Positions 10,080 to 19,127 are shown, numbered from the stretch's first letter. The stretch: 64,000 nucleotides of DNA from Desulfonatronovibrionaceae bacterium (GCA_046539845.1 JBKHGE010000005.1:12937-76936); one strand, 5' to 3'. Made by a program: numbers and translations. Notes: a model not told the origin generated them from the sequence alone.

Positions 10080-10812
10080 AAACATCTCCTGGCAGACATG
10101 GGTCCCCTGGTACCTTTGCCGGGACGCCGGCCGGAAGATCCCGGGCATAACCCACAATCTGAACAATTTCGTGCACATTATCGATATGCAAACCTCTCTT
10201 CTACAATCCAAAAGCATCTCAAAGCCGGAGTCCCCAATCTCTGAGCACGAGGGGCGGATCCAAAAGATGGGCGAGACCAATCAGGGTCTGCTCGAGTTTA
10301 TGCAGGTAAGCAGCAATTGGTCCTTTTATTCGCAAAAGGAGCGTATCCAGACCGGTATCCCGGAGTTTATGGACTGGCTGCTCAACTTCTGGAAAAATGA
10401 TTTGTTCTTCAAACACAAGATCAAAGCGGATATTTCTCTGGGGGACAATCTGCCCCACCTGGACATTCCGGCCGTGACTTTGACCTTTGCCGTGCAGGAG
10501 GCTCTGTCCAACGCGGTTGATGCCTGCCGACTCCGGGATTCGGAAAACGAGCAGGAAATAGGCATTCGGGCCGAGCCGGAGCAAAATGGGGTCCGCGTGC
10601 GGATCAACTCGCCCGTGGCTATGGACCTGGATACGCAATCAGCCTGGGAACCCTGTACCGGGACCAAAAGAGGACATCCCGGCTTGGGCCTGTATCTGAT
10701 ACGGGAGATGTGCAATGACCTCGGCTGGGCCCCTTCCATTGACTCCCACCCGCAGGGCACGGAGTTCAGCCTGCTCATCCCGGAAAAAAAGACCGGATTC
10801 AAGTTCGAGTGA
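10072..10812 (+). CDS. sensor-less cytoplasmic histidine kinase (H-box + HATPase_c only)
   Basis: H-box ITHNLNNFVHII begins about residue 25. Also has an N-box (EALSNAVDA) and a G-box (HPGLGLYLIREM). There is no TM or PAS/GAF input. It overlaps the preceding PilZ gene by 8 nt. Confidence 0.7.
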   Translation: MFENISWQTWVPWYLCRDAGRKIPGITHNLNNFVHIIDMQTSLLQSKSISKPESPISEHEGRIQKMGETNQGLLEFMQVSSNWSFYSQKERIQTGIPEFMDWLLNFWKNDLFFKHKIKADISLGDNLPHLDIPAVTLTFAVQEALSNAVDACRLRDSENEQEIGIRAEPEQNGVRVRINSPVAMDLDTQSAWEPCTGTKRGHPGLGLYLIREMCNDLGWAPSIDSHPQGTEFSLLIPEKKTGFKFE

Positions 10813-10944
10813 TACCCCCTGTTTCAGCCGGCTCAAAGTCCAAACCCTGTTTTCGATTGCATGCGATTCGGTCCAGACTTGGCTAACGCTGCTTTTTTGC
10901 CCCCGAACTCTTTGATACAGCCCACAATTTTGAAGACATAAACC

Positions 10945-11874
10945 CTATTTTTTCTTTTTTCCGGAGGAGCGGGGATGGGCACTGTCGTAAACCCGGGTCA
11001 AGCTGTCCAGGTTGAGATGGGTGTATCTCTGGGTGGTGGTTATCCGTTTGTGTCCGAGGAGTTCCTGTACGCTGCGCAGATCCGCCCCGCCCTGCAAGAG
11101 ATGGGTGGCAAAACTGTGCCGCAGTCCGTGCGGGGTCACTGCTGAGGGGAGACCGGCCCGGACGCACATTTTCTCCAGGATACGCCTGACCTGCCTGCGG
11201 TTCAGCCTGCCCCCGCGCATCCCCAAAAACACGGCCTGTTCACCGGGCCGGTAAACAAAGGCATTCCTGTACTTTAAATATTGCCCAAAGACCCGCACTG
11301 CCGGGTCAGTAAGCGGGCTCAACCTCTCCTTACCCCCTTTGCCCCTAACTCGGACGATCCCCTGAGCAAGATCCAGGTCATCAAGGTCCAGACCAACGGC
11401 CTCGCTCACTCGAAGGCCGGAGCCATACAAGAGTTCAGCCAGGGCCAGATCACGCAGTGCTTTGGGGTCGGCCCCTGAGTTGGCCCGCAAAAGGGTCAAA
11501 AGCTGGTCCACATTCAAGGCATCCGGCTGGGTCTTTTTCTGCTTGGGGTTGCGAATACCGCGGCACGGGTCCTCGCTGATCCTCTGCCGGGTGAACAGAT
11601 AACGGAAAAAGGCCCGCAGCGAGGAAAGCTTGCGGGCCACTGTAGACTTAGCTGTCTTAATTTCGTGCAGCCGACCGAGAAAAAAGGTTATCTCCCGGCC
11701 GGTTACAGTCCCGGGGGAATCAAGCCCTTTATCCACCTGGGCAAGAAAAGAATGGAACTGCAAGAGATCCCGGGCATATGCGGTGATCGTGGCCTGAGAA
11801 TAACCCTTTTCCACGTCCAGATAGGCCAAAAAGAGCTGGAGCGGCTCAGGCAGTGATTCTTCTGTCCAGGACAT
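10945..11874 (-). CDS. xerC: tyrosine recombinase XerC/XerD family
   Basis: Core-binding N-terminus (LAYLDVEKGYSQATITAYARDL) and catalytic RHRY signature (HGLRHSFATHLL, LLGHKRITTTQRYTH). C versus D cannot be decided by eye. Confidence 0.8.
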   Translation of the reverse strand: MSWTEESLPEPLQLFLAYLDVEKGYSQATITAYARDLLQFHSFLAQVDKGLDSPGTVTGREITFFLGRLHEIKTAKSTVARKLSSLRAFFRYLFTRQRISEDPCRGIRNPKQKKTQPDALNVDQLLTLLRANSGADPKALRDLALAELLYGSGLRVSEAVGLDLDDLDLAQGIVRVRGKGGKERLSPLTDPAVRVFGQYLKYRNAFVYRPGEQAVFLGMRGGRLNRRQVRRILEKMCVRAGLPSAVTPHGLRHSFATHLLQGGADLRSVQELLGHKRITTTQRYTHLNLDSLTRVYDSAHPRSSGKKKK

Positions 11875-12784
11875 AGGAGCTTCTGGGATCCTTCTTGGCT
11901 ACTTTCTTCAAATTCATGGCCCGCTGCGAGGCCTCACCGTAATGGGTCAGAACGCCGTTTTGATTAAAGACCACCGCCACTGAGATGGCCATCAAAGGGA
12001 AGGTCTGGGTATTGCCCTTGCGGTCCACAGAGACTATCTGCTCCTGTTCCCGGTCCTCCCGGTCGTAAAAATTGGGGACTATGCCATCAAAACTCTTAAT
12101 GAGCATCTGACTCACCTGCTCGGCCAAGTCCACCGGAACTATGAACACAAAATCGTCCCCGCCGATATGGCCCACGAACGAATCCACCCCGCCGAAGGCC
12201 CGGATGGTATTGACAATCACCCTGGAGGTCATCATCAGGACCTCATCCCCGCGGGAGAAGCCGTATTTGTCATTAAAGGACTTGAAATGGTCCAAATCGG
12301 CATAGGCCAGGGCAAAATCTTCCTTTTTATCGATAAGATCCTGAATTTTATGTATTATAGAAGTGTTACCCGGAAGCTTGGTCAAAGGGTTGGCGTCCAG
12401 GGCCCGGGCGGAGCGGGCCAGGACCAAATCCAGCCTGGCCTTGGTCACCACCGGGTCCAGCGGGGAGAGCAGGAAATCATCCGCCTCGGTCAGACTGAAA
12501 TCAATCCCTTCGGCCAGACCCTGAGTGGAAATGCACAGGACCACAGGCACCTGACGGTAGACGTTTTCACTCTTTAGGATACGGATAAGTTCCCGGCCTC
12601 CGAAGTCCGGAAGCTCGTTGTCCACGAGCAAAAGCTCAGGCGGATCGTTGAAAATATGCTCGATAGCCCCGGATCCGCGCTCAAACACGGACCATTCCGC
12701 CTCCGGCATGATCTCTTTTAGGACCTGATATTTATCCGGATCATGGGAGACCAGGAAAAAATGAAAGGGCTCGCAAACGACCAT
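11846..12784 (-). CDS. response regulator receiver + GGDEF-family domain with GGDDF active-site variant
   Basis: REC with LLLVDNELPDFGG (phospho-Asp). The GGDEF fold reads ADLDHFKSFNDKYGFSRGDEVL...HIGGDDFVFIV. No RxxD I-site (GGVD occupies that position). Confidence 0.8.
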   Translation of the reverse strand: MVVCEPFHFFLVSHDPDKYQVLKEIMPEAEWSVFERGSGAIEHIFNDPPELLLVDNELPDFGGRELIRILKSENVYRQVPVVLCISTQGLAEGIDFSLTEADDFLLSPLDPVVTKARLDLVLARSARALDANPLTKLPGNTSIIHKIQDLIDKKEDFALAYADLDHFKSFNDKYGFSRGDEVLMMTSRVIVNTIRAFGGVDSFVGHIGGDDFVFIVPVDLAEQVSQMLIKSFDGIVPNFYDREDREQEQIVSVDRKGNTQTFPLMAISVAVVFNQNGVLTHYGEASQRAMNLKKVAKKDPRSSYVLDRRITA

Positions 12785-12811
12785 GAACTACTCGTTCTTC
12801 AGGGTTAAAAG

Positions 12812-13651
12812 CTATTCATCCGGTCTAAAGCTGGAGAGTTCCATGAACTGCTCGCCGAGTTCATCCATAACCTGCTCCAGATCGTTTAGCTCCAGTTTAA
12901 GGGTCTTTAAGGCATAGGGGCGCAAATAGCTGACATTATCATCCCCGCTGTTTCCGGTCTCAAACAGTCGGGCCAGGAAATCGGCCACATGGACCACGCA
13001 GGCCACTTCCGGATACAGCTGGGCCGAACGCGGACGATGATGCCAGGCCAGCCCTTCACGGATATTCTTGGGCAGATTCCAGTGATCGGCCAGCCAGGCG
13101 TTGACCCGGTCATGCCCGAAGCCCAAAACCTCGTTCTCCGCATCTATGTATATCAAATCCTTTTCCCGGACCAAGCTATCCACCTCTTCCTTCAACTCCG
13201 GGAGCTGCACTACAATGACCACTTTACCCAAATCATGCAGCAGACCGGATACAGAATATTCCTCCGGGTCCTTAAGGCCCGCCTTTTTGGCTACGCTGGA
13301 GCAGGCCAGGGCGCATCCCAGACTGTGCTCCCACAGCCCGACCATGCTTTTGGCCATAACATCGAATACCGAAGTGCTTATAATCAAGCCGCGAATGACA
13401 TTAAGCCCCAAAAGAACCAAAGCGTGCTGGATGGTACTTATCCGACGCGGGAAGCCGTATATGGGGGAATTGACCATCTTCAAAACCTTGGCCGAGAGCA
13501 CCTGGTCGCGGGAAATGACTGCAGCCACCTCTTCGGTGGAAGAACTCGGATCCTGAATCAGCCTGGTCACCTCATCCAGGACAGTAGGCAAAGTAGGCAG
13601 GTCATTGACCGCCAGTAATTGGCCTTTTTTGTCTACTCGCAAATCATCCAT
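12812..13651 (-). CDS. HDOD domain signalling protein
   Basis: LPTLPTVLDEVTRLIQDPSSSTEEVAAVISRDQVLSAKVLKMVNSPIYGF is the canonical HDOD N-terminus, and HDLGK is present. ATG 13651 is preferred because the upstream gene stops at 13659. The track ORF extends to 13855. Confidence 0.8.
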   Translation of the reverse strand: MDDLRVDKKGQLLAVNDLPTLPTVLDEVTRLIQDPSSSTEEVAAVISRDQVLSAKVLKMVNSPIYGFPRRISTIQHALVLLGLNVIRGLIISTSVFDVMAKSMVGLWEHSLGCALACSSVAKKAGLKDPEEYSVSGLLHDLGKVVIVVQLPELKEEVDSLVREKDLIYIDAENEVLGFGHDRVNAWLADHWNLPKNIREGLAWHHRPRSAQLYPEVACVVHVADFLARLFETGNSGDDNVSYLRPYALKTLKLELNDLEQVMDELGEQFMELSSFRPDE

Positions 13652-13658
13652 GTCCGGA

Positions 13659-14015
13659 TCACTCCTCCCGGTTTTTCGGCTCTGCGGCCGAAGACGCCTC
13701 GGCAGCCGACTTTTCCCGATAATAACCGCGGATGAACTCTTTGACCTTCTGCATCCATTCATCTCCCTCATACTGCCGGAATTGGTGATCCAGTCTCTCC
13801 AACCGCTTGGCAAACGAAGAACCACTGCCCACCCCTTCCATATCCAAAGGCTCACCCTTGACTATGATGCGCTCTATGCCCATATCCTCCAGACGGCTTA
13901 TCAGCCCGAGAGTCAATTTGGTCCCGGCACCTACCAAGACCATACCGTTGTCCCGCATTACCGGCTTCTCCAGGATCATATCCTCCTGAGCCAGACTTAT
14001 CGGTATCTTTTGCAT
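13659..14015 (-). CDS. small hypothetical protein (118 aa), first gene of the HDOD/GGDDF module
   Basis: ORF with good coding look, 7-nt gap to the HDOD gene, and a basic/acidic C-terminal tail. I recognise no family with certainty. Confidence 0.5.
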   Translation of the reverse strand: MQKIPISLAQEDMILEKPVMRDNGMVLVGAGTKLTLGLISRLEDMGIERIIVKGEPLDMEGVGSGSSFAKRLERLDHQFRQYEGDEWMQKVKEFIRGYYREKSAAEASSAAEPKNREE

Positions 14016-14129
14016 ATCCTAAGTTCCCTGCAATTTTTATTTTTTATATATGTTTCCCGGATACTCAACCACAGACTGCCTCCGCCTGTCAGGCGGCCGG
14101 AAACCGGTCCCGCTGTTTATCCGCCGACA

Positions 14130-15275
14130 TCAAACAGAGCGGCTAAAATACATACCCGGGGCCCTGCGGATCAACCCTTTGATCTCCATTTCGGTAAGCA
14201 CCCTGGACACCATAGCACTGTCCCAGCCGGTCTCGCGGGTTATAGAGTCAATATGCAGCGCTTTATCGCGGGAAAGGAGATCCATAACTGCTATCTCTTC
14301 TTCGTTTAGATCCGGGTTTGGTTCTGGCATACTTTTTCCGGGAAGTGAACCATGGGACCCGGGAGGCATATCCATACCCAGCACCTCCAGAATATCCCCA
14401 GCGTCGCGAACCAACCAGGCCCCGTCTCGAATCAACTGGTTGCAACCCTGGTAACCGGGCATATCCACTCCCCCGGGAACAGCGAACACCTCCCGCCCTT
14501 GGTCCAGAGCGAGGGTGGCGGTAATCAGGCTACCGCTTTTAATCTCTGCTTGAACCACCAGCACCCCTTTGCACATCCCGGCTATTATCCGGTTTCTGTG
14601 CGGAAAGTTACACCCTTCCGGCTCGGTTCCCGGCGGAAATTCGGTCAAGACAAGACCGTCTTTTACCAGTCTGGCCCATAGATCACGGTTGCGGGCCGGA
14701 TAAATGAGGTCGATCCCTGTCCCCAGGACCGCAATGGAACTACCCGGGCCGTCCAAGCCGGCCAGATGTGCTTCGCGGTCAATACCGGCGGCAAACCCGG
14801 AGACAATAGTCAAGCCATTCTTCGATAGTTCGGAACAGATCCTCTGGGCCATATCCACACCATAGGTGGAGCTCTTTCTGGAACCGACCACCGCCAGGCA
14901 CGTCCCGGCCACAAGATCAATGTTCCCGCGATAATAGAGCAAAAGCGGCGGATCCGGGATGTGCCGTAGGAGTTGAGGATACCGGGTATCAGACCAGATG
15001 GCAGTTTTGTAGCCCTTGTCCGCAATCAATTCCGCGTTTTTCCGGGCCTTTTCTTCAGCACTACCGTCCTTGAGAGACCGCACCTGACGCCTGGTGGCCA
15101 GAGAATCAACAAGCCATTGCTCATAGCCCGCGTCCAGAGCGGCAGCCGGGCTGCCGTACGCCCGAACAAGGCCCTGCCAAGTCCGGGGGCCGAGATAGCG
15201 GCAGTAATACAGGGTCAAACAGGCCAAAAGCTCCCTGTCTCTAGGCTGATAACCGGTCTCTTTTACCGCTGCCAT
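14130..15275 (-). CDS. dprA: DNA-processing protein A (Smf)
   Basis: Rossmann-like core VVGSRKSSTYG...SGFAAGIDREAHLAGL...VLGTGIDLIYP and a C-terminal winged-helix (DprA_WH-like). Confidence 0.9.
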   Translation of the reverse strand: MAAVKETGYQPRDRELLACLTLYYCRYLGPRTWQGLVRAYGSPAAALDAGYEQWLVDSLATRRQVRSLKDGSAEEKARKNAELIADKGYKTAIWSDTRYPQLLRHIPDPPLLLYYRGNIDLVAGTCLAVVGSRKSSTYGVDMAQRICSELSKNGLTIVSGFAAGIDREAHLAGLDGPGSSIAVLGTGIDLIYPARNRDLWARLVKDGLVLTEFPPGTEPEGCNFPHRNRIIAGMCKGVLVVQAEIKSGSLITATLALDQGREVFAVPGGVDMPGYQGCNQLIRDGAWLVRDAGDILEVLGMDMPPGSHGSLPGKSMPEPNPDLNEEEIAVMDLLSRDKALHIDSITRETGWDSAMVSRVLTEMEIKGLIRRAPGMYFSRSV

Positions 15276-15285
15276 AATACAGGAA

Positions 15286-16068
15286 TTACTCCAACTTCGC
15301 AGCCGCTTCAGAATCCGGATAATCCTCTCTCAAGACCCGCTTGTAAAACGCGGCGTTTTCCTCGTCCTCAAGCCGGGAATAGCTATAGGCGATTTTGAGG
15401 AGGGCGTCCGGGGCCTTGGAACTGCGGGGATAGTCCTGCACCACCTGCTTGAAGGCCAGTATAGCTTGGGCATATCTCTTCTGGGAATAATAAGTCTCAC
15501 CTATCCAGTATTGAAAATTGGGCTGCAACGGGCTTTCCGGATATTTTTCCTTGAGCCCTATGAGTTTTTCCCGAGCCTGCCCCCATTTGTCTTTTTGCTC
15601 TAACTCCAGCGCCCTGTCGTACTCGTGGTGAACCCCATTTTTGGCTTCCCCGGGGTTTTCCTTCTTCTCGTCCGAATCGCTGGACGGCGCGGTCTGATTC
15701 TTCAAGGCCTCTTCCATGTCAGTCCCATTTCCCGCTGCCTCAGAGGGGCGCCCTTTATCCTGGACAAAATCCTCTTCCCCGGGACGGGGTCCGCGGACGA
15801 ATCCATCCTCACCCGTGTATAACTCTTCCTGCACGGCTATCTCGGACAAAACGGTCTGAAGCTCTTCCACCCTGGACTCCAAACCATCCAGACGGGATTG
15901 GAGATCTTCCCGGCTCTTGTCCATGTATTTCTGTTTTTCCTGCAGGCTATACAGTCCCTCCTCCACCTGCTGCAACCGCCAGGCATCGCTCTCGGAAAAA
16001 CTGGAAGCGGCACACCCGGAAAGGAAAAAGGCAAAAAAAACAGCACTTGTAAAATAGATCCAGCGCAT
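15286..16068 (-). CDS. second CpoB/YbgF-like TPR lipoprotein
   Basis: From ATG 16068: MRWIYFTSAVFFAFFLSGC (lipobox), coiled coil, acidic linker. C-terminal YDRALELEQKDKWGQAREKLIGLKEKYPESPLQPNFQYWIGETYY is YbgF-type TPR. The track ORF extends to 16227. Confidence 0.7.
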   Translation of the reverse strand: MRWIYFTSAVFFAFFLSGCAASSFSESDAWRLQQVEEGLYSLQEKQKYMDKSREDLQSRLDGLESRVEELQTVLSEIAVQEELYTGEDGFVRGPRPGEEDFVQDKGRPSEAAGNGTDMEEALKNQTAPSSDSDEKKENPGEAKNGVHHEYDRALELEQKDKWGQAREKLIGLKEKYPESPLQPNFQYWIGETYYSQKRYAQAILAFKQVVQDYPRSSKAPDALLKIAYSYSRLEDEENAAFYKRVLREDYPDSEAAAKLE

Positions 16069-16099
16069 AATCAACACTCCGATCGGTTGAGCAGTCGGC

Positions 16100-16411
16100 T
16101 CAAATAATTCTCCCGGCCAAAGAGACGCAAATTCTCTGCCACACAAGACAGTCCGGCCGAAAGAGATACCTTTTGAAGCCAAAACCGGCCAAGGCAAAAA
16201 ACACCCCGGCAAAAGCAAAGGAAACAAATAAGAAGTTAGGCCATGGCCGGAAATTTTTCAAGCAAATAAAACCGAATAGCCGTGTCTGCCCACTTGCCAT
16301 AAATAAAAATATAAGGCACACAAATTCCGGTTTGATTCGACCGCCTGGGGTCAAAATATACGCTGAAAGCGCCCCTAGGAACAATATAACCCATACAAAC
16401 CGGTTTATCAC
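16100..16411 (-). CDS. possible small 3-TM membrane protein
   Basis: 103-aa F/L-rich ORF that would sit 31 nt upstream of the cpoB-like gene. No recognisable family, and the region is AT-rich. Confidence 0.35.
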   Translation of the reverse strand: MINRFVWVILFLGALSAYILTPGGRIKPEFVCLIFLFMASGQTRLFGFICLKNFRPWPNFLFVSFAFAGVFFALAGFGFKRYLFRPDCLVWQRICVSLAGRII

Positions 16412-16435
16412 TCCATTATCAGCAGAGGTTCAAGA

Positions 16436-17380
16436 ATGATATTTGAATACACACTCGGCTCAACTCTTTTGTCCGCCTTTATCCTCGCAGCCGCACTTTT
16501 GCCCTTTGGAACGGCTGTAATCGCTCTAGGAAGTGAAATGGCCGGACAAATGGAGAACAAACTGGCAGACAAATTAGCCCAGCAGATAACCCGCTTGGGG
16601 TGCATAGCCGTAGCCGCCGTGGCCCTTGCTTCAATCCTCCTGGCCGGGCTGTGGTCATTCGGTCCGGAAAGGACTTTTCGGCCGGAAACGGTGCAATTCC
16701 TTTTGTTTAGAATCATACCGGTGATATTGCTCGCCACTGTCTTTTTCCTTGTCTACCTGAGCACCTGGAAAAAACTGAAAGAAAGCAAACCGGCCCATGC
16801 CAGCCTGGGGGCCATATCAGCCGCGCTTATGGGCATTTTTTTGTTCCTCCTCCTGGCCTCGATCATGACCGCTTCCCCGCTTTATGACCTCAGGAACCTG
16901 CCCGGAGTCCGCTCGGTTGTCTATCCGCTCCTCCTACAGTGGCTGTTTTTCGCCCTGACAGCTGGAGGCACAGCCAGCCTGCTCTTTCTGCTTATACGCC
17001 GCAACCGGGACGACTTCGGCCGGGACTACTACCGCTACGCACTCCGGGCCTGTTCCAAATGGGTCCTGATTTCCACCCTATTCGGATTTGTGCCCTGCGC
17101 TTGGATCGGATGGCTGCTTCGGCCAAACCTACGGGTTTTACCCCTAATTCTACCCGGGGCCGTATCCGCTCTTGCAGCTTTGTGTCTGTGCACTTTTGTG
17201 CTTGTTTTGATACGCACTGCCCAGCCCCTACGTTATAAAGGTATAATCCTGACCGCTCAATTCGTTTTAATCATCTTTTTTGCCTCCCGGATCCTGGTCC
17301 AGCTGGAAATATTGAATATGGTCCCGGAAACCATCAAGACCATAACCTGTACCGGACAGTGGAGCAAACTACTCTTCTAA
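16436..17380 (+). CDS. polytopic membrane protein (about 8 TM), unknown family
   Basis: 314-aa ORF with repeated hydrophobic helices. It is followed by a strong hairpin at 17444..17470. Confidence 0.6.
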   Translation: MIFEYTLGSTLLSAFILAAALLPFGTAVIALGSEMAGQMENKLADKLAQQITRLGCIAVAAVALASILLAGLWSFGPERTFRPETVQFLLFRIIPVILLATVFFLVYLSTWKKLKESKPAHASLGAISAALMGIFLFLLLASIMTASPLYDLRNLPGVRSVVYPLLLQWLFFALTAGGTASLLFLLIRRNRDDFGRDYYRYALRACSKWVLISTLFGFVPCAWIGWLLRPNLRVLPLILPGAVSALAALCLCTFVLVLIRTAQPLRYKGIILTAQFVLIIFFASRILVQLEILNMVPETIKTITCTGQWSKLLF

Positions 17381-17443
17381 TTTCTTGCCCATAAAAATCA
17401 GCTGATTGCTACTTTCCCGATAAAGACCAAAGGTTGCTGGTTC

Positions 17444-17470
17444 CAGGGCCCGGTCTTCAGCCGGGCCCTG
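17444..17470 (+). terminator. stem-loop CAGGGCCCGG-TCTTCAG-CCGGGCCCTG downstream of the membrane protein gene
   Basis: Perfect 10-bp GC-rich inverted repeat read from the sequence. The downstream T-tract is interrupted (AATTTTCTTT). Confidence 0.5.
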
Positions 17471-17608
17471 CAAGCGGAATTTTCTTTGGCTCAAAGCCCC
17501 TTGCCCCCTACTTGCCCCCTCCATAGGACTTGCAAAGACTAAGATTTTTGGACGGATAAAATCCATAAGTTTTGTCCAAGTGTCCGACTTATATTCCTTC
17601 TCTCAATA

Positions 17609-17623
17609 CATATCCCGGATATG
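17609..17623. promoter_or_regulatory. 15-bp perfect palindrome CATATCC-C-GGATATG in the AT-rich yedE upstream region (candidate operator)
   Basis: Read directly. It lies about 180 nt upstream of the yedE ATG in the most AT-rich part of the intergenic region. Confidence 0.3.
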
Positions 17624-17686
17624 AATAGAAAATTTATATTGGCCAAAATCTGGACTTTTATGTTTTTTATCTGATGACGTCCGGAA

Positions 17687-17740
17687 CCGAAATCGGCTTG
17701 CCCGACATACCGCGAACCGGGACTTCCCCGCCGAAATCGG
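17687..17740 (+). repeat. two copies of CCGAAATCGG (17687..17696 and 17731..17740) in the yedE 5' leader
   Basis: Exact 10-nt direct repeat 44 nt apart, 60-110 nt upstream of the start codon. Flanked by GAACCGG-like words. Confidence 0.4.
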
Positions 17741-17799
17741 AGTACATATTTCTGCTTGGTGTTGAATACCGGGGAACAAATTCGAACAAGGAGGTAGTA

Positions 17800-18885
17800 A
17801 TGAAGAACTGTTTCGCCACTCGCTGGGGGATAATCACTGTGGGAGCGATCATCGGAATCCTGGCGGCGATTCTGCAGAAACTGGGCAACCCGGGGAACAT
17901 GGGGATATGCGTGGCCTGTTTTGAGCGGGACATCACCGGAGCCGTGGGAATGCATAGGGCTTCTGTTGTCCAATACATGCGGCCGGAAATAATCGGGTTC
18001 GTACTCGGTTCCCTGGGCGCGGCCCTGGCAACAAAGGATTACCGGCCCCGGGCCGGTTCCGCACCTGTTGTTCGCTTTATCCTGGGTGTCTTCGCCATGA
18101 TCGGGGCTTTGGTATTTCTCGGATGTCCATGGCGAGCCGTGCTTCGACAGGCCGGCGGGGACCTGAATGCAATTTTCGGCATCCTGGGGCTAATAGCCGG
18201 AGTATGGATAGGAACACTCTTTCTTAAAAAAGGCTACAACCTGGGACCGGCCCAAAAGACGAACAATTCCGCCGGACTGATCATGCCGGCGATAATGCTT
18301 TTTTTCCTTGTCCTCATGTTTGTTTATCCCCAAATACCCGGTGAGCACAAAAGCGGCGTTCTTTTTTACAGCCTCAAGGGACCGGGAGCCATGCACGCCG
18401 CACTTTTCATATCCCTGGTAGTTGGACTGCTTGTCGGGGCAATCGCCCAGCGCAGCCGATTCTGCACCATGGGCGCTTTCCGGGACCTGATCCTTTTCCG
18501 ACAAACGCATCTCTTCGGCGGAGTCCTGGCCCTGTTGGTTTTTGCCTTTCTAAGCAACCTGGTTTTCGGTCAATTTAACCCCGGATTCGAGGGACAGCCG
18601 GTCGCCCATACCCAGGCCGTCTGGAATTTCGCCGGAATGGTCCTGGCCGGACTGGCCTTTGCCCTGGCCGGAGGTTGCCCCGGGAGGCAGCTGTTCATGG
18701 CCGGGGAAGGTGATGGAGATGCAGCCGTGTTTGTATTCGGCATGATCGTCGGGGCCGCGTTCGCACACAATTTCGGCCTGGCCAGCTCTCCCAAGGGAGT
18801 CGGTCCGCACGGCATCGCCGCGGTTTTCATTGGCTTGGCGGTCTGCCTGATAATCGGCTTCACCATGCGTAAAAGAGCAAAATAA
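17800..18885 (+). CDS. yedE: YedE/YeeE family sulfur/selenium compound transporter
   Basis: From ATG 17800 (AAGGAGG RBS 6 nt upstream): MKNCFATRWGIITVG...GNMGICVACFERD, plus a second conserved Cys segment (RSRFCTMGAF) and GGCPGRQ. This is the typical YeeE/YedE topology. Confidence 0.85.
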   Translation: MKNCFATRWGIITVGAIIGILAAILQKLGNPGNMGICVACFERDITGAVGMHRASVVQYMRPEIIGFVLGSLGAALATKDYRPRAGSAPVVRFILGVFAMIGALVFLGCPWRAVLRQAGGDLNAIFGILGLIAGVWIGTLFLKKGYNLGPAQKTNNSAGLIMPAIMLFFLVLMFVYPQIPGEHKSGVLFYSLKGPGAMHAALFISLVVGLLVGAIAQRSRFCTMGAFRDLILFRQTHLFGGVLALLVFAFLSNLVFGQFNPGFEGQPVAHTQAVWNFAGMVLAGLAFALAGGCPGRQLFMAGEGDGDAAVFVFGMIVGAAFAHNFGLASSPKGVGPHGIAAVFIGLAVCLIIGFTMRKRAK

Positions 18886-18908
18886 CCATGTACAAGGAGG
18901 ATATATAA

Positions 18909-19127
18909 ATGGCGGAAACAATAGATACACGCGGACTTTCCTGCCCTCAGCCGGTTCTGGACACAATGCAGGCCCTAAGCCGGACCTCCGAATCCGAGGT
19001 CAAAGTACTTGTGGACACCGACGCCTCAAAGGAAAACGTCTCCAGAGCCGCTCAAGGAAAAGGCTGGCAGGTAAAGGAACTCAAGGAAAGTGATGGGGAA
19101 TACCACCTGACTCTGCGCAGGGGCTGA
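18909..19127 (+). CDS. yedF: TusA/SirA-like sulfurtransferase (YedF/YeeD-like)
   Basis: 72 aa with DTRGLSCPQPVLDT (the CPxP active-site motif). It lies 23 nt after yedE. Confidence 0.85.
   Translation: MAETIDTRGLSCPQPVLDTMQALSRTSESEVKVLVDTDASKENVSRAAQGKGWQVKELKESDGEYHLTLRRG

Noticed and set aside
10945-11874. Tyrosine recombinase as the integrase of a mobile element.
   Set aside because: It has a Xer-type N-terminal core-binding domain, is embedded in and overlaps the dprA-containing operon, and has no flanking phage or IS genes or repeats.
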